This document shows, in pieces, positions 58,130 to 64,000 of a stretch of 64,000 nucleotides of DNA. The stretch is from a phage. Position 1 is the first letter of the stretch. The number at the start of each line of letters is the position of its first letter. Location of the stretch: sequence record PX915678.1; one strand, given 5' to 3'. The position numbers and the translations under genes are program-made. Under the pieces are notes generated by a model. It did no database searches. It saw only the letters and a program-made list of their open reading frames with translations, and was not told where the DNA came from.

Positions 58130-61100
58130 ATGGCCGAGATTAAAAGAAAGTTCAGAGCAGAAGATGGTCTGGACGCAGGTGGCGATAAAATAATCAACGT
58201 AGCTTTAGCTGATCGTGCCGTAGGAACTGACGGTGTTAACGTTGATTACCTAATTCAAGAAAACACAGTTCAACAATACGATCCAACTCGTGGATATTTA
58301 AAAGATTTTGTAATCATTTATGATAACCGCTTTTGGGCTGCTATAAATGATATTCCAAAACCGGCAGGAGCTTTTAATAGCGTGCGCTGGAGAGCATTAC
58401 GTACTGATGCAAACTGGACAACTGTTTCATCAGGACCTTATCAATTAAAGTCAGGTGAATCAATTTCAGTTAATACTGCAGCAGGAAATGATATCACATT
58501 TACTTTGCCAACTTCTCCAATTGATGGAGATACTATCGTTCTTCAAGATATTGGTGGAAAACCTGGAGTTAACCAAGTTTTAATTGTAGCTCCAGTGCAA
58601 AGTATTGTAAACTTTAGAGGCGAACAAGTACGATCAGTACTAATGACCCATCCAAAATCACAGATAGTTTTAATTTTTAGTAATCGTCTGTGGCAAATGT
58701 ATGTGGCTGATTATAGTAGAGAAGCGGTAGTTGTGACGCCAGCAAGTCTCTACCAGGCGCAGTCAAACGATTTTATCGTACGCAGATTTACTTCTGCTGC
58801 ACCGATAAATATTAAACTTCCGAGATTTGCTAATCATGGCGATATTATTAATTTCGTTGATTTAGATAAATTAAATCCTCTTTATCATACAATTGTTACT
58901 ACATATGATGAAACTACATCAGTACAAGAAGATGGAACTCATTCCATTGAAGGCCGTACATCTATTGATGGTTTCTTGATGTATGATGATAATGAGAAAT
59001 TATGGAGATTATTTGACGGGGATAGTAAAGCACGTTTACGCGTTATAACAACTAATTCTAATATTCGTCCAAACGAAGAAGTTATGGTATTTGGTGCGAA
59101 TAATGGAACAACTCAAACAATTGAACTTCAGCTTCCGACCGATATTTCCATTGGCGATACTGTTAAAATTTCCATGAATTACATGAGAAAAGGCCAAACA
59201 GTTAAAATCAAAGCTGCCGGTGAAGATAAAATTGCTTCTTCAGTTCAATTGCTGCAATTCCCAAAACGTTCAGAATATCCACCTGAAGCTGAATGGGTGA
59301 CTGTTCAAGAATTAGTTTTTAACGGTGAAACTAATTATGTTCCAGTTTTACAACTTGCTTATATCGAAGATTCTGACGGAAAATACTGGGTTGTACAGCA
59401 AAACGTTCCAACTGTAGAAAGAGTTGATTCTTTAAATGATTCTACTAGAGCAAGATTAGGCGTGATTGCTTTAGCTACACAAGCTCAAGCTAACGTCGAT
59501 TTAGAAAATTCTCCACAAAAAGAATTAGCAATTACTCCAGAAACATTAGCTAACCGTACTGCTACAGAAACTCGTAGAGGTATCGCAAGAATAGCAACCA
59601 CTGCTCAAGTGAACCAGGACACTACATTCTCTTTTGCTGACGATATTATCGTCACTCCTAAAAAGCTGAATGAAAGAACTGCTACAGAAACTCGTAGAGG
59701 TGTTGCTGAAATTGCTACACAGCAAGAAACTAACGCAGGTACTGATGATACTACAATCATCACTCCTAAAAAGCTTCAAGCTCGACAAGGTTCTGAATCA
59801 TTATCTGGTATTGTAACCTTTGTATCTACTGCAGGAGCTACTCCAGCTTCTAGTCGTGAATTAAATGGTACAAATGTTTATAATAAAAACACTAATAATT
59901 TAGTTGTTTCGCCTAAAGCGCTGGATCAGTATAAAGCTACTCCAACACAACAAGGTGCAGTAATTTTAGCAGTTGAAAGTGAAGTAATTGCTGGACAAAG
60001 CCAAGAAGGATGGGCAAATGCGGTTGTAACACCAGAAACGTTACATAAAAAGACATCAACTGATGGAAGAATTGGTTTAATTGAAATTGCTACGCAAAGC
60101 GAAGTTAATACAGGAACTGATTATACTCGCGCAGTCACTCCTAAAACTTTAAATGACCGTAAAGCAACTGAAAGTTTAAGTGGTATAGCTGAAATTGCTA
60201 CGCAAGTTGAATTCGACGCAGGCGTCGACGATACTCGTATCTCTACACCATTAAAAATTAAAACCAGATTTAATAGTACTGATCGTACTTCTGTTGTTGC
60301 TCTATCTGGATTAGTTGAATCAGGAACTCTCTGGGACCATTATACCCTTAATATTCTTGAAGCAAATGAGACACAGCGTGGTACACTTCGTGTGGCTACA
60401 CAAGTTGAAGCTGCTGCAGGAACATTAGATAATGTTCTAATAACTCCTAAAAAGCTTTTAGGTACTAAATCTACTGAAGCGCAAGAAGGCGTTATTAAAG
60501 TTGCAACTCAATCTGAAACTGTAGCTGGAACGTCAGCAAATACTGCTGTATCTCCAAAAAATTTAAAATGGATTGTGCAGAGCGAACCTACTTGGGCAGC
60601 AACTACTTTGGTAAGAGGTTTTGTTAAAACTTCATCTGGTTCAATTACATTCGTTGGTAATGATACAGTTGGTTCAACGCAGTCATTAGACTTGTACGAG
60701 AAAAATAGCTATGCAGTATCGCCATATGAATTAAACCGTGTATTAGCAAATTATTTGCCTTTAAAGGCAAAAGCTGCTGACACGAATTTATTGGATGGTC
60801 TAGATTCATCCCAGTTCATTCGTAGGGATATTGCGCAGACGGTTAATGGTTCACTAACCTTAACTCAACAAACGAATCTGAGTGCCCCTCTTGTATCATC
60901 TAGTACTGCTACGTTTGGTGGATCAGTTTCGGCAAATAGTACACTAACTATTTCTAATACTGATGGAACAGCAACTCGTCTGATTTTTGAGAAAGGACCT
61001 CAAACTGGAACGAACCCGGCTCAAACGATGACAGTCAGCGTGTGGGGGAATCAATTTAGTGGGGAATCAAACACAACACGTTCTACCGTATTTGAAGTTA

Positions 61101-62002
61101 GTGATGAAACATCTTATCACTTTTATTCTCAACGCGATAAAGATGGTAATATAGCATTTAGCATTAATGGTACTGTAATGCCAATAAATGTGAATGCTTT
61201 AGGAACATTGAATGCAAATGGTGTAGCAACATTTGGTAATTCAGTCACTGCAAGTGGTGAAATTATTTCTCGAAGCGCAAATGCTTTCCGTGCTATTAAC
61301 GGAAATTATGGTTTTATTGTTCGCAATGACGGGTCAGTAACGAATTTTATGCTTACTGCATCGGGCGATCAGACTGGTGGATTTAATGGATTACGTCCAT
61401 TAACTATTAATAATGCATCTGGTCAAGTAACGATTGGTGAAAGCTTAATCATTGCCAAAGGTGCTACTATAAATTCAGGCGGTTTAACTGTTAACTCGAG
61501 AATTCGTTCTCAAGGTGTTAAAACATCTGACTTATATACCCGTGCGCCAACATCTGATACTGTAGGATTCTGGTCAATCGATATTAATGATTCAGCCACT
61601 TATAACCAGTTCCCGGGTTATTTTGAAATGGTTGAAAAAACTAATGAAGTGACTGGGCTTCCATACTTAGAACGTGGCGAAGAGGTTAAATCTCCTGGTA
61701 CATTGACTCAGTTTGGTAACACACTCGATTCACTTTACCAAGATTGGATTACTTATCCAACGACTCCAGAAGCACGTACCACTCGCTGGACGCGTACATG
61801 GCAGAAAACCAAAAACTCTTGGTCAAGTTTTGTTCAGGTATTTGATGGAGGTAACCCTCCTCAGCCATCTGATATCGGTGCTTTACCATCTGATAATGCT
61901 ATAATGGGGAATCTTACTATTCGTGATTTCTTACGAATTGGTAATGTTCGCATTATTCCTGACCCAGTGAATAAAACGGTTAAATTTGAATGGGTTGAAT
62001 AA
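58130..62002 (+). CDS. 34: long tail fibre proximal subunit
   Basis: 1290-aa ORF (T4 gp34 is 1289 aa) with an internal array of ITPKKL...TE..G...IAT repeats; late promoter upstream. Confidence 0.96.
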   Translation: MAEIKRKFRAEDGLDAGGDKIINVALADRAVGTDGVNVDYLIQENTVQQYDPTRGYLKDFVIIYDNRFWAAINDIPKPAGAFNSVRWRALRTDANWTTVSSGPYQLKSGESISVNTAAGNDITFTLPTSPIDGDTIVLQDIGGKPGVNQVLIVAPVQSIVNFRGEQVRSVLMTHPKSQIVLIFSNRLWQMYVADYSREAVVVTPASLYQAQSNDFIVRRFTSAAPINIKLPRFANHGDIINFVDLDKLNPLYHTIVTTYDETTSVQEDGTHSIEGRTSIDGFLMYDDNEKLWRLFDGDSKARLRVITTNSNIRPNEEVMVFGANNGTTQTIELQLPTDISIGDTVKISMNYMRKGQTVKIKAAGEDKIASSVQLLQFPKRSEYPPEAEWVTVQELVFNGETNYVPVLQLAYIEDSDGKYWVVQQNVPTVERVDSLNDSTRARLGVIALATQAQANVDLENSPQKELAITPETLANRTATETRRGIARIATTAQVNQDTTFSFADDIIVTPKKLNERTATETRRGVAEIATQQETNAGTDDTTIITPKKLQARQGSESLSGIVTFVSTAGATPASSRELNGTNVYNKNTNNLVVSPKALDQYKATPTQQGAVILAVESEVIAGQSQEGWANAVVTPETLHKKTSTDGRIGLIEIATQSEVNTGTDYTRAVTPKTLNDRKATESLSGIAEIATQVEFDAGVDDTRISTPLKIKTRFNSTDRTSVVALSGLVESGTLWDHYTLNILEANETQRGTLRVATQVEAAAGTLDNVLITPKKLLGTKSTEAQEGVIKVATQSETVAGTSANTAVSPKNLKWIVQSEPTWAATTLVRGFVKTSSGSITFVGNDTVGSTQSLDLYEKNSYAVSPYELNRVLANYLPLKAKAADTNLLDGLDSSQFIRRDIAQTVNGSLTLTQQTNLSAPLVSSSTATFGGSVSANSTLTISNTDGTATRLIFEKGPQTGTNPAQTMTVSVWGNQFSGESNTTRSTVFEVSDETSYHFYSQRDKDGNIAFSINGTVMPINVNALGTLNANGVATFGNSVTASGEIISRSANAFRAINGNYGFIVRNDGSVTNFMLTASGDQTGGFNGLRPLTINNASGQVTIGESLIIAKGATINSGGLTVNSRIRSQGVKTSDLYTRAPTSDTVGFWSIDINDSATYNQFPGYFEMVEKTNEVTGLPYLERGEEVKSPGTLTQFGNTLDSLYQDWITYPTTPEARTTRWTRTWQKTKNSWSSFVQVFDGGNPPQPSDIGALPSDNAIMGNLTIRDFLRIGNVRIIPDPVNKTVKFEWVE

Positions 62003-62010
62003 GAGGTATT

Positions 62011-63126
62011 ATGGAAAAATTTATGGCAGAGTTTGGACAAGGATATGTCCAAACGCCATTTTTATCGGAAAGCAATTCAGTAAGATATAAAATAAGTATA
62101 GCGGGTTCTTGCCCGCTTTCTACAGCAGGTCCATATGTTAAATTTCAGGATAATCTTGTTGGAAGCCAAACATTTAGCGCGGGTCTTCATTTAAGAGTTT
62201 TTGACCCTTCCACCGGAGCATTAGTTGACAGTAAGTCATATGCTTTTTCGACTTCAAATGATACTGCATCAGCTGCTTTTGTTAGTTTCATGAATTCTTT
62301 TTCAAACAACAGACTTGTTGCTATATTAACTAGCGGAAAGGTTAATTTTCCTCCTGAAGTAGTATCTTGGCTAAGAACCGCAGGAACGTCTGCTTTTCCA
62401 TCTGATTCTATATTGTCAAGATTTGACGTATCATATGCTGCTTTTTATACTTCTTCTAAAAGAGCTATTGCATTAGAGCATGTTAAACTGAGCAACAGAA
62501 AAAGCACAGATGACTATCAAACTATCTTAGATGTTGTATTTGATAGTTTAGAAGATGTTGGAGCTACAGGATTTCCTAAAAGAACATATGAAAGCGTGGA
62601 GCAATTTATGTCAGCAGTCGGTGGAACTAATAACGAAATTGCACGTTTACCAACTTCATCTGCGATAAGTAAACTCTCTGACTATAATTTAATTCCTGGC
62701 GATGTTCTTTATCTTAAAGCGCAGTTATATGCTGATGCAGATTTACTTGCGCTTGGAACTACAAATATATCTATCCGTTTTTATGATGAATCGAATGGAT
62801 ATATTTCTTCAACACACGCTGAGTTTACTGGACAAGCTGAGTCATGGGAATTAAAGGAAGATTATGTAGTTATTCCAGAAAATGCAGTAGGATTTACGAT
62901 ATATGCACAAAGAACTGCACAAGCAGGTCAAGGCGGCATGAGAAATTTAAGCTTTTCTGAAGTATCAAGAAATGGTGGAATTTCAAAACCTGCTGAATTT
63001 GGCGTCAATGGTATTCGAGTTAATTATGTCTGTGAATCTGCTTCACCTCCGGATATAATGGTACTTCCTACGCAAGCATCGTCTAAAACTGGTAAAGTGT
63101 TTGGACAAGAATTTAGAGAAGTTTAA
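62011..63126 (+). CDS. 35: long tail fibre hinge connector
   Basis: 371-aa ORF after gene 34; hairpin terminator downstream. Confidence 0.92.
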   Translation: MEKFMAEFGQGYVQTPFLSESNSVRYKISIAGSCPLSTAGPYVKFQDNLVGSQTFSAGLHLRVFDPSTGALVDSKSYAFSTSNDTASAAFVSFMNSFSNNRLVAILTSGKVNFPPEVVSWLRTAGTSAFPSDSILSRFDVSYAAFYTSSKRAIALEHVKLSNRKSTDDYQTILDVVFDSLEDVGATGFPKRTYESVEQFMSAVGGTNNEIARLPTSSAISKLSDYNLIPGDVLYLKAQLYADADLLALGTTNISIRFYDESNGYISSTHAEFTGQAESWELKEDYVVIPENAVGFTIYAQRTAQAGQGGMRNLSFSEVSRNGGISKPAEFGVNGIRVNYVCESASPPDIMVLPTQASSKTGKVFGQEFREV

Positions 63127-63131
63127 ATTGA

Positions 63132-63157
63132 GGGAGCCTTCGGGTTCCCTTTTTCTT
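63132..63157 (+). terminator. intrinsic terminator after gene 35
   Basis: GGGAGCC-TTCG-GGTTCCC hairpin followed by TTTTTCTTT. Confidence 0.7.
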
Positions 63158-63165
63158 TATAAATA
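63158..63165 (+). promoter_or_regulatory. late promoter (TATAAATA) for gene 36
   Basis: Exact TATAAATA about 24 nt before the ATG, right after the gene 35 terminator. Confidence 0.7.
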
Positions 63166-63188
63166 CTATTAAAATAAAGGGGCATACA

Positions 63189-63845
63189 ATGGCTGATTTA
63201 AAAGTAGGTTCAACAACTGGAGGCTCTGTCATTTGGCATCAAGGAAATTTTCCATTGAATCCGGCCGGTGACGATGTACTCTATAAATCATTTAAAATAT
63301 ATTCAGAATATAATAAACCACAAGCTGTTGATAACGATTTCGTTTCTAAAGCTAATGGTGGCACGTATTTAAATAAAGTAATTTTTAATAAAGGAATGAC
63401 TGTTCCTGGTGCAGGGTCAGGTGGCAATGGTATTTTTGCTGGTCCTGGTGATAATGCCACGTATGATACTACAAATATGGATATTGTTTCGTGGTATGGT
63501 ATCGGTTTTAAATCATCACAAGGAACAGCAGGTAGAACTGTAGTAATTAACACACGAAATGGAGATATTAGCTCAAAGGGCGTAATTGAAGCATCGCAAA
63601 TACGCGCAACTTCATTATCTCCAGTAAATAATTATGACCTCACGCGGAAAGATTATGTCGATGGAGCAATAAATATTGTTACAGCAAACGCAAACTCTAG
63701 GGTATTACGCTCTGGAGATACTATGACAGGTAACTTAACCGCGCCAAACCTTTTTTCGCAGAATCCTGCATCTCAACCATCACATGTTCCACGATTTGAT
63801 CAAATTGTTATTAAGGATTCTGTTCAAGATTTCGGCTATTATTAA
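63189..63845 (+). CDS. 36: long tail fibre distal connector subunit
   Basis: 218-aa ORF with TATAAATA upstream. Confidence 0.92.
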   Translation: MADLKVGSTTGGSVIWHQGNFPLNPAGDDVLYKSFKIYSEYNKPQAVDNDFVSKANGGTYLNKVIFNKGMTVPGAGSGGNGIFAGPGDNATYDTTNMDIVSWYGIGFKSSQGTAGRTVVINTRNGDISSKGVIEASQIRATSLSPVNNYDLTRKDYVDGAINIVTANANSRVLRSGDTMTGNLTAPNLFSQNPASQPSHVPRFDQIVIKDSVQDFGYY

Positions 63846-63853
63846 GAGGACTT

Positions 63854-64000
63854 ATGGCTACTTTAAAACAAATACAATTTAAAAGAAGCAAAACCGCAGG
63901 AGCACGTCCTGCCGCTTCAGTATTAGCCGAAGGTGAATTGGCTATAAACTTAAAAGACCGTGTACTTTTTACTAAAGATGACCAAGGAAATATTATTGAT
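63854..64000 (+). CDS. 37: long tail fibre distal subunit, 5' fragment (truncated by window end)
   Basis: ATG at about 63854 opens [39 protein letters not shown]..., the conserved gp37 N-terminus; runs off the window. Confidence 0.85.
   Translation, partial: MATLKQIQFKRSKTAGARPAASVLAEGELAINLKDRVLFTKDDQGNIID

Noticed and set aside
59546-59788. 80-aa minus-strand ORF inside gene 34
   Set aside because: Antisense to the repeat region of gp34; Ser/Cys-rich mirror of the repeats.

Overview
This window is a contiguous segment of a T4-like (T-even, Tequatrovirus-type) myovirus genome, running from fibritin (wac) through the start of gene 37. Gene order and many protein sequences match phage T4 as I recall it, but no database search was possible. 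Three blocks are present: (i) a plus-strand late structural/packaging module (wac, 13-20, 67, 68, 21-24), then rnlB-hoc-inh, uvsW/uvsY and the baseplate hub genes 25-26-51-27-28-29-48-54; (ii) a minus-strand early/middle block (two tandem alt genes, DNA ligase 30, a 30.x-type accessory island, rIII, 31, cd, pseT, a spanin pair, alc, rnlA, denA, nrdB, nrdA, td, frd, 32, 59, 33, dsbA, rnh); (iii) long tail fibre genes 34-35-36 and the start of 37. The phage is not T4 itself: Hoc carries an extra Ig-like domain, td and nrdB are uninterrupted, and no seg homing-endonuclease genes sit at the T4 positions. The most interesting candidates are a tandem pair of full-length Alt-type ADP-ribosyltransferases, a NADAR/YbiA-like plus HAD-like gene pair in the island between ligase and rIII, a 350-bp ORF-free region next to rIII, two near-identical early-promoter cassettes 16 kb apart, and a small ORF inserted between frd and td. 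A perfect 47-bp inverted repeat at the window start looks like a contig-end fold-back artefact. The ORF track uses TTG starts, so several starts were moved to an internal ATG. Motif coordinates were hand-counted and may be off by 1-2 nt; at least one spot (rnh) showed a 1-nt disagreement between my reading and the ORF track, so track coordinates were used for CDS.
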